Below are positions 10,189 to 20,018 of a stretch of 64,000 nt of DNA, in pieces. The notes beneath the pieces were generated by a model. It was not told where the DNA came from and searched no databases. It saw only the letters and a list, made by a program, of their open reading frames with translations. The translations under genes were made by a program, and so were the position numbers. Numbering within the stretch: position 1 is the first letter of the stretch; the number at the start of each line of letters is the position of its first letter. Source of the stretch: a phage; NCBI GenBank assembly GCA_024614665.1, contig GCA_024614665.1_4861.1. The stretch is one strand, 5' to 3'.

Positions 10189-11110
10189 AAACGGTAAGGA
10201 AACCACGAACGAGCGTTGGTGGAATCCATCTTACGACTTTCTGGCGTACGCCATCGCGCGGACCTTTCCAGAAAGTGTGCCAATGTGCACGCCGCATATG
10301 TGCTTTACGACCACCTTCTCTTAATCCGCTCGTGGTTGTTCCGTACTGATTGAGATAGCGTTCCTGTTCGTTTATGGTTGAAATAACAATTGGCTTAGAT
10401 CGTGGCTGGACATGATAATCCGGCATCGTTTTTCTTTTCTTCCTTTTTGGGTATACCGTAGGTTCGGGATAACGCGGGATGAGAGAACAGGTAAAGAGCA
10501 TTGCAGTGACTAGCCGATGGGGTGCCTCTGTCCATTCATCGAACACCCCACTAAGTTTAACAAAGCCGTTCCCCACATCTACGATTTCTGCGGCATCAAC
10601 CTGTACACAATCGACCGCGTTACGAAAAATACTTAGAATCAAACAGTCTTTTCCTTGAATCCACCGCCTGGAGATATAATAAACCAATTCCAGTTTTTCA
10701 CCAGTCTGCTGTATGATCTCTAGGGGGAATTCTACGGTCCATCCTGGGATTTTATCAAACCAGTCACGCGGCAATTCATCGAGAAGATCGGAGCCTATCA
10801 TCTGTTCAAACACAAAAGAGTCACCGATAAGTAACACACCACCATAACGGTAACCGTGTGCGATAGTGGCGTAAAGATTTTGAACTTCAAGGTTTTTCGG
10901 AGTAGACGATAAGAAATATTCCGGTGGAATGAACCGCTGACCTATGCACCCCTCGTGCTCAGACGCATATTTCTCAACCAAGTTGATGCCCCTGGAACGT
11001 TCATTTGCTTTACTCAACATGACAAGGAAATCACCATCGGTTTTCACTCTATCAGCATCAATACCCAGCAATTTTAATGCTACTTTATCACTTTCACTAA
11101 TGTTAAACAT
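10187..11110 (-). CDS. hypothetical protein (307 aa)
   Basis: Long ORF; upstream has terminator hairpin, AATCGACTAT motif, AAGGTG RBS. Confidence 0.5.
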   Translation of the reverse strand: MFNISESDKVALKLLGIDADRVKTDGDFLVMLSKANERSRGINLVEKYASEHEGCIGQRFIPPEYFLSSTPKNLEVQNLYATIAHGYRYGGVLLIGDSFVFEQMIGSDLLDELPRDWFDKIPGWTVEFPLEIIQQTGEKLELVYYISRRWIQGKDCLILSIFRNAVDCVQVDAAEIVDVGNGFVKLSGVFDEWTEAPHRLVTAMLFTCSLIPRYPEPTVYPKRKKRKTMPDYHVQPRSKPIVISTINEQERYLNQYGTTTSGLREGGRKAHMRRAHWHTFWKGPRDGVRQKVVRWIPPTLVRGFLTV

Positions 11111-11130
11111 TTTAATACACCTTACGTAAA

Positions 11131-11142
11131 TAGTCGATTAAA
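11131..11142 (-). promoter_or_regulatory. conserved upstream motif AATCGACTAT (candidate promoter element)
   Basis: TTAATCGACTATTTACGTAAGG about 20 nt upstream of ATG at 11110; same motif recurs at three other gene starts. Confidence 0.3.
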
Positions 11143-11175
11143 AAATAAAACTGCGGACACCCCGAAGAGTGTCCG
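11140..11175 (-). terminator. intrinsic terminator
   Basis: cggacac/gtgtccg stem followed on minus strand by T-run. Confidence 0.45.
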
Positions 11176-11180
11176 TTTAA

Positions 11181-11723
11181 TTAGAAGTTGCCAATAGCGA
11201 TAGGCTGCATTGGCTCGACCACAATCAGTATTTCTTTCAGACGCGAAACGATATGCTCCCAGACTTGTGCTTCGAGGTGACGTAACATGGTGGTGAACTC
11301 GCCCATGTACATCTCTTTAAACTCGTCGCGATTGAGATGTTCCCACGCTTCTTTCAATGGGCCTGCTTCTGGACCAGACATCTTGATCATCATTTCGATG
11401 TCTTTCATCTCATCAAACGCCTTGCCGACTTTATCAATAACCTCGTCGGTCTTGAGTTCGAGTGAGAAACGACCCATCTTAGACTGCAGGAAGCCATCTT
11501 CAATATCTTCGTCGTTGTATTCGAAACACGCAATACGTTGCGCGAGTTGATGAACTTCATTTACCGCGATGTTGACGTACGCCGCAGAAATAAGTCCAGC
11601 GAGGTGCTGACGATCGATATTCTTTGGTATCAGATAGTCTTCACACTTACGCTTAAACTCGAACAACGCCGCTGGAAATATTTCACGAAATTCGTCATCG
11701 AGTAAATCAATGAATATTTTCAT
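11181..11723 (-). CDS. hypothetical protein (180 aa)
   Basis: Intact ORF; 4-nt overlap with upstream gene. Confidence 0.45.
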   Translation of the reverse strand: MKIFIDLLDDEFREIFPAALFEFKRKCEDYLIPKNIDRQHLAGLISAAYVNIAVNEVHQLAQRIACFEYNDEDIEDGFLQSKMGRFSLELKTDEVIDKVGKAFDEMKDIEMMIKMSGPEAGPLKEAWEHLNRDEFKEMYMGEFTTMLRHLEAQVWEHIVSRLKEILIVVEPMQPIAIGNF

Positions 11724-12259
11724 TCAACAGGTTTCCCATATTTCTCGCCGAGATACAGCAGTTCACGACGACAGATAGCCAGCACTTTCATTTCCGCTTC
11801 ACGATACAGCTTGGTGATTTTGTCAATGATTGGCTGGTCAACGATATCAGACCAAGTTACCGTATCCGTAACGTTCGATGATTGCCCGTTAATGACCACA
11901 GCAACGTATGTCTCGCCCAGGTTCTCTTGATGTAACCCCGCCAGAGATTCACCAACCTTATCAAAGGCTTCACTCAATAAGTCGGTGATTTGGTCCGTCC
12001 CTTCTACCAGTTCAAAACGATGGGGATAGTTCAGAATGTTACGCAGCCGCGTGAACATGCGTTCAATAAGCTGATTTACCATATCCTCAGTGTCACAGAT
12101 AGCCACATCTACGCCCGAACCTATTTCGTCAGACAAACGATTTTCGTGGACGACCAACGCGTCGTGAAGTTCAAATTCCACGTCTCGTTTTAATCCTAAC
12201 AGAATTTCATCTAGCTGACGTCTCGACTCCGACAGAGCGAAGTCTATTACGATTTGCAT
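11720..12259 (-). CDS. hypothetical protein (179 aa)
   Basis: Intact ORF in array. Confidence 0.45.
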   Translation of the reverse strand: MQIVIDFALSESRRQLDEILLGLKRDVEFELHDALVVHENRLSDEIGSGVDVAICDTEDMVNQLIERMFTRLRNILNYPHRFELVEGTDQITDLLSEAFDKVGESLAGLHQENLGETYVAVVINGQSSNVTDTVTWSDIVDQPIIDKITKLYREAEMKVLAICRRELLYLGEKYGKPVE

Positions 12260-12269
12260 CTAATACTCC

Positions 12270-12677
12270 TTAGAAGTTACTTACCTCGGGCTGCGTATAC
12301 CAGTATCTACACGCTACGAGATCCACAACGTTATATTTCAGTTGTCCGCCGTGCTGTGACGTATCTGCTAGTTCATGTGCAAGCTTGTACGCCAAATCTT
12401 CACGGTTGTCGAGGATAAGCAACACAACACGCTGCACCTCATTGAAGATATCTGGTTCACGTAAACAACTGTAGCGGTCGCCAAGATGCTTAATAACGCC
12501 TTTATAAACATCTCCTGGTACAGCAGTGCCATTTTCTGCCGCGTGGAATGAAACAAGCACGATTTTAATTAAAATCTCGACAACCATGGAGTATATCATT
12601 CCACGGTTGCCGTTAATTTCCACGTGCTTTAGATACTCTTGCAAATCCATCAGTGACTCGCTATACACCTTTAACAT
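12270..12677 (-). CDS. hypothetical protein (135 aa)
   Basis: Intact ORF in array. Confidence 0.4.
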   Translation of the reverse strand: MLKVYSESLMDLQEYLKHVEINGNRGMIYSMVVEILIKIVLVSFHAAENGTAVPGDVYKGVIKHLGDRYSCLREPDIFNEVQRVVLLILDNREDLAYKLAHELADTSQHGGQLKYNVVDLVACRYWYTQPEVSNF

Positions 12678-12687
12678 AGCGACCTCG

Positions 12688-13059
12688 CTATTTGTTCGCT
12701 GGCCATACCCCCGGTGAAGGTATTGCCGTTAATCCTCGCCACTTCTTGACGGTTATTTGATCCTGTCCAGCCACGCCGAATATGTCGAACCCCACAGTTG
12801 CCACCACATCGACTTCACGGTCAAGTGACGATTCGCTAAAGGGAGAGATATGCACAAACGACACCAGTTTGCCGCCGTTGATGGCCGTGTCGCGAACAAG
12901 ACGTGCCATCTTACGCAACTCTACGGTCACATCGCCGCGGATAGCCGTGCTTGCGGTAGTGGGATTTAACCATTGTTCATGGCCAGGTGCCACAATATAC
13001 AGAATAGCACCTTCTTTGTAATACTGTTTTACCATTGTTTCAAATTCATCTTGCGTCAT
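12688..13059 (-). CDS. hypothetical protein (123 aa)
   Basis: Intact ORF in array. Confidence 0.4.
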   Translation of the reverse strand: MTQDEFETMVKQYYKEGAILYIVAPGHEQWLNPTTASTAIRGDVTVELRKMARLVRDTAINGGKLVSFVHISPFSESSLDREVDVVATVGFDIFGVAGQDQITVKKWRGLTAIPSPGVWPANK

Positions 13060-13072
13060 GTTAAATACTCCT

Positions 13073-13807
13073 TCAGTAGTTTAGCTTCTCAGAGACTTCT
13101 TTACGGATGCGACACATCACCACCATCGCACCATTCGGAATTTGGCTCACGCAGTTATCCGTGTAAAACTTACCTTCACACAGATAAAAGTCCAGACACA
13201 TGGCATCGGTCAGCTCGTGCCACAGGGTGCCGAAACCATACTGCCAAGGGCCGGAATGAACGACATCGTAATCGCCATCAGTTATGCCAAATGCGGCAGT
13301 AGCGGAAGACCACAGTGTTGAGGAGGTGGTATAAGTGTCATACCAGTAACCGAGCAGTCGATGGTTACGACGTATCTCAGCTAACCGCTCGTACATTGGG
13401 ATGAATACGTCCTCCACTTGCGTGACAAAATCAGCCAGCATCAACTTTTCCGTGAACCACTCGATCCACGCAAAGATTTGTTCTTCAACGTCTTGCTGGC
13501 TTAACCCCGTGGCAGTAATGCCTTCTTCGTAGGAGTAACCTTCGTAGACGTCAACAACATTAATCTCTACATGTTCTAGCGTGAACAACCGTTCGGTGTT
13601 GATGCAGTCGTACATCTCTTGTAACCACGCAGTGAAGACTTCTATACAGACGTTGATGGCTGTATACTTGAACTCGTCACGCAGAGGATACCACTGTGGG
13701 TTATCCTTTAGTTCGTTCTTCGCGAACGCGGGCCAATGCTTTTCGAACAACGCTTCAAAGAACTGGGGCGTGAGGTTTAAAAGCACTGGCACTTCGACTT
13801 TAAGCAT
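13073..13807 (-). CDS. hypothetical protein (244 aa)
   Basis: AAGGAG RBS before ATG; AGATATTATCT motif about 40 nt upstream. Confidence 0.5.
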   Translation of the reverse strand: MLKVEVPVLLNLTPQFFEALFEKHWPAFAKNELKDNPQWYPLRDEFKYTAINVCIEVFTAWLQEMYDCINTERLFTLEHVEINVVDVYEGYSYEEGITATGLSQQDVEEQIFAWIEWFTEKLMLADFVTQVEDVFIPMYERLAEIRRNHRLLGYWYDTYTTSSTLWSSATAAFGITDGDYDVVHSGPWQYGFGTLWHELTDAMCLDFYLCEGKFYTDNCVSQIPNGAMVVMCRIRKEVSEKLNY

Positions 13808-13840
13808 CGTGAATAAATTCTCCTTAAGGTTACGTCCCTG

Positions 13841-13855
13841 TAGATAATATCTATC
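13841..13855 (-). promoter_or_regulatory. AGATATTATCT motif upstream of gene 13073..13807
   Basis: Same motif as at 5305, about 40 nt upstream of ATG. Confidence 0.3.
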
Positions 13856-13860
13856 TCAGA

Positions 13861-14601
13861 TTACTTTAAGAGATGCAAGAAGCGTGCTGCCTGTTCTGTA
13901 AAGTGAAAATACTCGATGGTATCAGGTTCGTCCGAGTGAATGTCATCCGGGTCCAGCAGGTAGCCCGAGATATCATCCGTTAAAACCCAAGCGTCCCCTT
14001 GCAGGAAAATACCCATCGGTTTTTCTACCACGGGCATCACTAAGTCCGAATAAGAGTTACCTTCTGCTACCCTTACAATGTCTACACACGGGTCAACAAT
14101 ATACAGGTTGCAGAGACTGCGATCTTTAAGACTGCGATGAAACATCGCTCGATCGTACCAAATAACCTGAGAACAATTATCTTCGTCACCCGCCACATCG
14201 ACCAACTCTGTCCAGAAACGATGTAAGAACCAGTTCAACGCACCGGTTATTAGCTCGTTCGGTTTCAGCATTCTAACGTGTTCGTCGTACAACTCTTCCA
14301 TTGTCCAGATTCGACACTGCTCACGATCGATTGTCGGTAGGGGAGGTATTTGCGGCGGGACTTGTTTAGGCATCGGTTCATCACATCTTGCATTGTAACG
14401 CGCAATTGTTTCGGTAACCAGCTCTGCCACAACATCACAAGCCGCTTCAAATCCCCACTTGTACAACACGTCGTAATCTTCCATGGGCGCAGCACCGAAC
14501 TCACGGTTCGTTGCCATCCACGACATCCATCCGTATTGCTCCACACAGTTAATCAGACTTTGTGTGTGGAGCGTGAGCGATTCACTCACGACTCGCAACA
14601 T
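13861..14601 (-). CDS. hypothetical protein (about 246 aa)
   Basis: Start moved to the ATG at 14601, directly after the stop of the upstream RNase H gene; the longer track ORF would overlap it. Confidence 0.45.
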   Translation of the reverse strand: MLRVVSESLTLHTQSLINCVEQYGWMSWMATNREFGAAPMEDYDVLYKWGFEAACDVVAELVTETIARYNARCDEPMPKQVPPQIPPLPTIDREQCRIWTMEELYDEHVRMLKPNELITGALNWFLHRFWTELVDVAGDEDNCSQVIWYDRAMFHRSLKDRSLCNLYIVDPCVDIVRVAEGNSYSDLVMPVVEKPMGIFLQGDAWVLTDDISGYLLDPDDIHSDEPDTIEYFHFTEQAARFLHLLK

Positions 14602-14602
14602 G

Positions 14603-16117
14603 TTACACCTCTTCTTCTCGCAGTATGCGACGGTTTGCGTAATACGCACACCACAACCCATGATACTCTTTACCGATATAGATTAAGAAGTAACGGATGT
14701 AGTATTTTTCAGGACGACACACCGCGATGTAATAACGGCCTTCCGGTTCTTTAATACGGTTGATTTCCGTACGCGATGGAATATCGATGCCGCGAGTCAA
14801 AATAACCGAGACAGGTCGTTTACCCATCGGAAAGTCAATCTTTAACGTTATTGACTTATCGACGCTACGGTAGTATTCCTTGACAGGTTTACCTTTGTCG
14901 TCGAATAGCAAGTCGGTAATGTCGTTTAAGACATAACCCTTTTCCTGATGCAGAACATCTCGCAACGTTGTAGCGAGTTCGTCACGAATATCCAGCGCAC
15001 GGTACGACAATAAGGGCGGGCGAAGCATTCTGGAGATGGCCAGGTCTTCAAAGAACCAGACATTGGAATCTTCTCCACTGAAATGCATCTTGTCTGCCGG
15101 TAATCCATCACCTGCCACATCAACGAACTTCTTACGTTTAACGAACTCATTGTTAACAACACCGATTGGATCATACTGCCGCATCTTCGGTGTATCTTTC
15201 CATGCCAGGGCGGCGTGGGTGTTTACAATCGTGTAGATGTTATCCCACGGTTGTTTAGTGAACATTACGGAAAAGTGTGCATCAGGAATCATTTTCCCAA
15301 TAAACACCAAGTCGTCCTTGTTCTTTGCATGGTTACCACCAAACATGTAATAGAAAGTTTCATCTTTCACTTTTACAGTAGGATGGTCCTCGTTCACCAA
15401 CGGATAGCAATATTTAACCGTACAAATCGGCGGATATGCCGCAAGGTTCATCCCAGCGGCGATGGGCTCGGGTTCCGCGGATGCAGGCAACTCATCTTTC
15501 GACCAGTACGGCTGATATGGAACGCCGTCGTTGGTCGCAGTGATAGCTGAACCTTTTCTAGCCAATTCGTCCGCCCGGTCGTTACCGTAGTGGCCGGAGT
15601 GTCCTTTGATTTTGATAACCTTAACACCCCGTCCTTCTTTTTTCATCTGCTGTTTGATTTCCCAGATACGAACAATAAGTTCTTTGTTCGCCAGCGGAGT
15701 ACCGTCAGCACGAACCCAACCACGTTTATGCCAGCCGTCTATCCACTCGTTAAAAGTGTTTACAACGTAACTGGCATCCACGTAGATGATATAGTTCTTC
15801 GCGCGGAAGGGTGCGTTCTCAAACAACGTGATGAAGGCGATTAACTCGCCCACATCTGAGTAGAACTCTTTCGGAACGGGAATAACGGCGTCGACAAATT
15901 GAACGGTGTCCGGCAACTCCGGACACTTCACATCCTGCGGCACTTTTTTGTATCCAACAGTGGTAATCCGTTCTGAAACACCCGGATGGCTATAAGCCTG
16001 ACTGTCTTCCAAATCTCCGTTGTTGAATAAATAACCATGAATACCAGCCCCCGAACCTTTCGGGGACTCAGTATGACTACCATCGGTATAAATAACCGCT
16101 ACGTCGACGTCTTTCAT
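14603..16117 (-). CDS. RNase H (type 1) domain protein with about 320-aa C-terminal extension
   Basis: N-terminal VIYTDGS and KIKGHSGHYGNDRADELARKG match RNase HI catalytic motifs; C-terminal two thirds have no recognisable motif. Confidence 0.65.
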   Translation of the reverse strand: MKDVDVAVIYTDGSHTESPKGSGAGIHGYLFNNGDLEDSQAYSHPGVSERITTVGYKKVPQDVKCPELPDTVQFVDAVIPVPKEFYSDVGELIAFITLFENAPFRAKNYIIYVDASYVVNTFNEWIDGWHKRGWVRADGTPLANKELIVRIWEIKQQMKKEGRGVKVIKIKGHSGHYGNDRADELARKGSAITATNDGVPYQPYWSKDELPASAEPEPIAAGMNLAAYPPICTVKYCYPLVNEDHPTVKVKDETFYYMFGGNHAKNKDDLVFIGKMIPDAHFSVMFTKQPWDNIYTIVNTHAALAWKDTPKMRQYDPIGVVNNEFVKRKKFVDVAGDGLPADKMHFSGEDSNVWFFEDLAISRMLRPPLLSYRALDIRDELATTLRDVLHQEKGYVLNDITDLLFDDKGKPVKEYYRSVDKSITLKIDFPMGKRPVSVILTRGIDIPSRTEINRIKEPEGRYYIAVCRPEKYYIRYFLIYIGKEYHGLWCAYYANRRILREEEV

Positions 16118-16836
16118 TATTCTCCTCGCAACTGCGGTGGAATGTATTCACCTGTGCACATTTCGCGGTGGGCTTCTAACATGCGCTCGAAGCCGTACGT
16201 ACGCGCGACCAGGGCCAAATGATAGATGCGTGCCGTAGAATACGCTTCCTTCGCAGCATCAAAGCTAGCGTTATGCTCGTACGCTTCTTTGCCACGGGTC
16301 CAATGGTGCGCTTCTGCGTGCCAGTTAGGTTCCAGGCCAAACGCATATGCAATACGCTCTGCAGTCCGGTCAGAGTCCAATATAGAAAACTTGCGGTACT
16401 TGCCCGGCGGGATATCGCACTGCGCGAACGCGTTCATCAGAATTGGAGCATCGAAATCGGGACCGCGCATGGTGATAACCATTTTCACGTTGCCCAGATC
16501 ATCCAACCATTTTTTGGCCGCCCACAGTGCTTCTGGCAGTGGCGTGGTCCCAGAAAACGCTTCAACACGTGCTTTCTCGCTCGGTGCGTATTCGGGGTCG
16601 CCTTTACCTTCCCAATAGCCGACCGTTTGTGGATCGATGTAGAAGATTTCTTTTGCTTTTGCATCGTTAGGGTCGATTTTGTGGTAACACGAACCGATCA
16701 TTTTCATTGTCGGAACATCGAATGCCACGTTTGCCAACGTTAAGATGTAGGCATCTGGACGTAAAGCCAGGGTCTCTAAGTCTGTACCAACAACCACGGT
16801 TGGTGTTAAAACAGGCAGAATTTTAGGATAGGTCAT
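16117..16836 (-). CDS. DEDDh-type 3'-5' exonuclease (DnaQ-like fold)
   Basis: VVGTDLETLAL (Exo I D-x-E) and HNASFDAAKEAY (H-x4-D Exo III) motifs; 1-nt overlap with RNase H gene. Confidence 0.55.
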   Translation of the reverse strand: MTYPKILPVLTPTVVVGTDLETLALRPDAYILTLANVAFDVPTMKMIGSCYHKIDPNDAKAKEIFYIDPQTVGYWEGKGDPEYAPSEKARVEAFSGTTPLPEALWAAKKWLDDLGNVKMVITMRGPDFDAPILMNAFAQCDIPPGKYRKFSILDSDRTAERIAYAFGLEPNWHAEAHHWTRGKEAYEHNASFDAAKEAYSTARIYHLALVARTYGFERMLEAHREMCTGEYIPPQLRGE

Positions 16837-16881
16837 TTCAACTCTCCACGAGATTATATATCACACTATTAACTATTAACG

Positions 16882-16918
16882 TAAAAAAGGAAATCCCTCT
16901 TACCCGAAGGTAAGAGGG
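16882..16918 (-). terminator. intrinsic terminator
   Basis: ccctcttacc-cgaa-ggtaagaggg stem followed on minus strand by T-run. Confidence 0.55.
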
Positions 16919-16924
16919 GAATTT

Positions 16925-17404
16925 TCATTGCACAAGGCAACTACTTCTGTGCCGTTCGTAGGCACGATTAAAAGACACTCTGTCTTCGCGATAGCCGCGA
17001 ATGAGAGACTTAATCTGTCGTGACAAATCACGACTAATGTCTTGAGGGCTACGAGAACCAGGGTCGAGATATATCCCAGTGGGTATATCATGAAGAGTGG
17101 GGCGAATAAACTCTTCACAAAGCGGTGCGGCCATCGGGGTGCGCCACCCCTTAGCTTCTGCGTAATTGTTCAACGACTTAGCGTACAGATAAACGTAATA
17201 AGCATAAGCGTTCACATCCGCAACAAACATTTTCCCTGCCAGCTTTTTCGCCTCAGGACTGTTCCCACCGACATAAACTGGTGGGTGTTCTAAAGGACGA
17301 AAAGGCCAATCTCCGGTTGAGGAGTAATCTGGGTCTACGTGACGGATGACCCCAGGGCATCCTGTCAACAATAGCACCAATATCGCCGCCAAAAATAACT
17401 TCAT
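16925..17404 (-). CDS. putative lipoprotein (159 aa)
   Basis: N-terminus MKLFLAAILVLLLTGC = signal peptide with lipobox LTGC; terminator hairpin downstream. Confidence 0.5.
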   Translation of the reverse strand: MKLFLAAILVLLLTGCPGVIRHVDPDYSSTGDWPFRPLEHPPVYVGGNSPEAKKLAGKMFVADVNAYAYYVYLYAKSLNNYAEAKGWRTPMAAPLCEEFIRPTLHDIPTGIYLDPGSRSPQDISRDLSRQIKSLIRGYREDRVSFNRAYERHRSSCLVQ

Positions 17405-17413
17405 GTATGCTCC

Positions 17414-17929
17414 TCATGGATTATTAAGCGTACTGATAATCTCCTGTCGGAAATCATTTGCCTCCTGCGACCCTACCGGGCGAGAAGCGGCCTGGTGTTT
17501 CTTGGCAGGTGGGCTAGACGGATTTAACGGTGCCGGCGGTGTTACCGGCTTGGGTTCTACAGGCGGAACCGCGGCCCCAGTGCCTGTTCCTGTTGGAGAT
17601 TTGGTACCATCATATGGCGGTCGAGAACCCAGGCACGTGAAGAGACGATCGTACAACTTATTGTTCTCCACTTCGCCGTGATCGGACTTCTCTTTTAGCT
17701 CCTTATAGGATATCTCCAGATACTGAGTACGCGATTGAACGCTAACCAGTGTGTGGTATTGAACAATATAGGCATATGAGACAAATGCAGAGAACGCGAT
17801 CAGTGCCACTATCACTAGTGTCACTATTTTCCCGGCTCGTGTTACTTTCTCCCCCTCGCCCGGTTTAAATGCTTCCCACAGTATCTGTAAGAATGGAAGC
17901 AGTTTGAAAACTGATGCTATCATGCTCAC
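17414..17929 (-). CDS. membrane protein with Pro-rich periplasmic/cytoplasmic tail (171 aa)
   Basis: Hydrophobic segments (KIVTLVIVALIAFSAFVSYAYIV); Pro-rich PVEPKPVTPPAPLNPSSPP. Confidence 0.45.
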   Translation of the reverse strand: MSMIASVFKLLPFLQILWEAFKPGEGEKVTRAGKIVTLVIVALIAFSAFVSYAYIVQYHTLVSVQSRTQYLEISYKELKEKSDHGEVENNKLYDRLFTCLGSRPPYDGTKSPTGTGTGAAVPPVEPKPVTPPAPLNPSSPPAKKHQAASRPVGSQEANDFRQEIISTLNNP

Positions 17930-17947
17930 CTCGGAGAGTTTTTAATT

Positions 17948-19327
17948 ATGTATGATTTACAAGGCTTTATTCAAATAGCGGCTCTGATTGATAATGGCCC
18001 TGGCAACACCGCTCCGGTAGGTGAGTTGTCTGAGCTGTCATATTCGTTCGCTAAAAGCAAGCAGTATTTTACTAAAGAAAATCTGCAGGTGGAACTGGTT
18101 GCTTTTACTTCTAAACGTGACGAGTTGCCTATTAAGACCCCGGCCGTCTTTAGCGACCACGTTCTTACTGTTTCCCAATGGATCTACCAACAGTCTATCC
18201 TTGGCAACTTAAGAAACGACGAAGTTGAATTCCAGCGTTTGCTGTTGGGGCAATTTAATAGTGTCATCAGCGGTGTTCAGTCTGGCGCGATGATTCAGAC
18301 TAACAGTAACTGGTTCCCACGTTGGGTCAGTTGGAAACTTGAAACCACAGCAGATAAAGTCGAAGACCCATCTGATGTGAATAACCAGATTATTCTCTGG
18401 TTTGCTGATGAAGATTTCAATCAGGACTATACCGGATTTGAAATTGAAGTCCAAATGCCGATATTACCGGTTGATACTTTCTTGGCTGTGAAATCTGTAG
18501 TCGAAAAGGCAATGGAAGGGTTCAACCTTCCGGATCACCATAATAAGATTAACGAATTAGCTGACGGTTATCCGTACACTAGCCTGATTACTAACATCTA
18601 TACTTGGCACGACCAGGAAGACTTTGATTCCACCCTACCGATACCGATGTCGGCTATCATCTACGGACGCGCGGGTCGTAACCCGAGCAGAATTAAACAA
18701 GCGTTACGTGATTACATTTTGGCAAACTCCAGTTTTACTGTGGCGTTGGGTGTCAAGGTGTTCCCAGAAATCTTTACGACCACCAAGTTCACAATTGTTC
18801 CCGGTTGGTCAATTCGTGGGATTCCAAATGAGGAAGATGTTGCGGCATTATACTCGCCGATTCTCCCATATGATTTCTGGGTCAAAGCAATCTCCCGATT
18901 TGGGGAGTGGACTGTTCAAACCATTACGGAAAAAAATAGTGGAGCAATCTCAACTCCAACTACCGATGTAACGGATTTACCGTCCATCTATAAATCACTA
19001 AACGCTGTAGTTATCGCAGGCCCTGAAAACGATTCACGCAAAACGACCCTGCACGATACGATTCCCGACTACGCATTAATCGGCACTAACAATGCAGATA
19101 TTGCGAGAATGTCGAAGAAAACCACCGAGTGGCTGGACCTGTTCTTCCAGGCGTTAATCGCAGCGGAAGAGTATCACCCACATTCCACCCCGCTGGATAT
19201 CGTGAAGCTCGTAGACGACGTTGATCCTAATGTTTACTTCTACGTCTTCGAATTCGATAACGTGGAGTATCGTGTCTTGGCCCGCAAAGCTGTTTGGGAT
19301 GTCCCTGCGGTAGAGCCAGAAGCCTAA
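17948..19327 (+). CDS. hypothetical protein (459 aa)
   Basis: Plus-strand island inside minus-strand block; function unknown. Confidence 0.5.
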   Translation: MYDLQGFIQIAALIDNGPGNTAPVGELSELSYSFAKSKQYFTKENLQVELVAFTSKRDELPIKTPAVFSDHVLTVSQWIYQQSILGNLRNDEVEFQRLLLGQFNSVISGVQSGAMIQTNSNWFPRWVSWKLETTADKVEDPSDVNNQIILWFADEDFNQDYTGFEIEVQMPILPVDTFLAVKSVVEKAMEGFNLPDHHNKINELADGYPYTSLITNIYTWHDQEDFDSTLPIPMSAIIYGRAGRNPSRIKQALRDYILANSSFTVALGVKVFPEIFTTTKFTIVPGWSIRGIPNEEDVAALYSPILPYDFWVKAISRFGEWTVQTITEKNSGAISTPTTDVTDLPSIYKSLNAVVIAGPENDSRKTTLHDTIPDYALIGTNNADIARMSKKTTEWLDLFFQALIAAEEYHPHSTPLDIVKLVDDVDPNVYFYVFEFDNVEYRVLARKAVWDVPAVEPEA

Positions 19328-19337
19328 GGAGGGTTAA

Positions 19338-19961
19338 ATGGCACAACTGTTGCCTAATACGCCTCAGGTTAACCTTGAGGGGTTGTTCAAGGTTAAGGCA
19401 CCTTATACGTTGCCAGATAAAGTGATTTACCGTGTTGACGCGGTACAGAACTTTCCGAAGCTCCAACGTAATAATATTGACGTTTATAGCAAGTATTATA
19501 AACCCGTCGGCCTAACTCGTGACGACTATATCAGCGACGCTAATGTCGAAGCTTCGATTGTAACATTAAAGTCGAGGGACGGTCAAGTCTACGAGTTGCC
19601 TGATACGTACATTGAGACGTATCCCGGACTGAACGGGTTAAATTATAGACGCAATGTTGTGGTTATTGACCTGGCATTAATACCCGAATACGTCGACGTC
19701 ACACTGCTAACGAACGACCTGAAAAGCATTTTAGAACGCGGTTTAGGAATCGATGCACGTGTGGACATCACATCGATGGATTACGAAGGGACGGTGACGG
19801 AAGAAGAACACTTGCAAATGGAAGCGGTGCGTAAAGCCAAAATCCGTGAGCAGGTTCCTCTGACAGAACAAGTTGCAACACTCACTAAGCAGAATCAAGA
19901 ACTGCAGGCGTTGAATGATGCGATGTTGAAAATCCTGAAAGATAACGGGTTAACAAATTAA
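19338..19961 (+). CDS. hypothetical protein with C-terminal coiled-coil-like region (207 aa)
   Basis: AAGGAGGG RBS; followed by bidirectional terminator. Confidence 0.5.
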   Translation: MAQLLPNTPQVNLEGLFKVKAPYTLPDKVIYRVDAVQNFPKLQRNNIDVYSKYYKPVGLTRDDYISDANVEASIVTLKSRDGQVYELPDTYIETYPGLNGLNYRRNVVVIDLALIPEYVDVTLLTNDLKSILERGLGIDARVDITSMDYEGTVTEEEHLQMEAVRKAKIREQVPLTEQVATLTKQNQELQALNDAMLKILKDNGLTN

Positions 19962-20011
19962 AGAAAAAAAGAACTACCTACTCCCTTGGGAGTAGGTAGG
20001 CTTTTATTTTT
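19962..20011. terminator. bidirectional intrinsic terminator
   Basis: A-run, stem ctacctactcc/ggagtaggtag, T-run; sits between convergent genes. Confidence 0.6.
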
Positions 20012-20018
20012 TATCGCA

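Noticed and set aside
16219-16743. Plus-strand ORFs (174 and 130 aa) antisense to the exonuclease gene
   Set aside because: Fully overlapped by a motif-supported minus-strand gene; Cys/Arg-rich composition typical of antisense translation.
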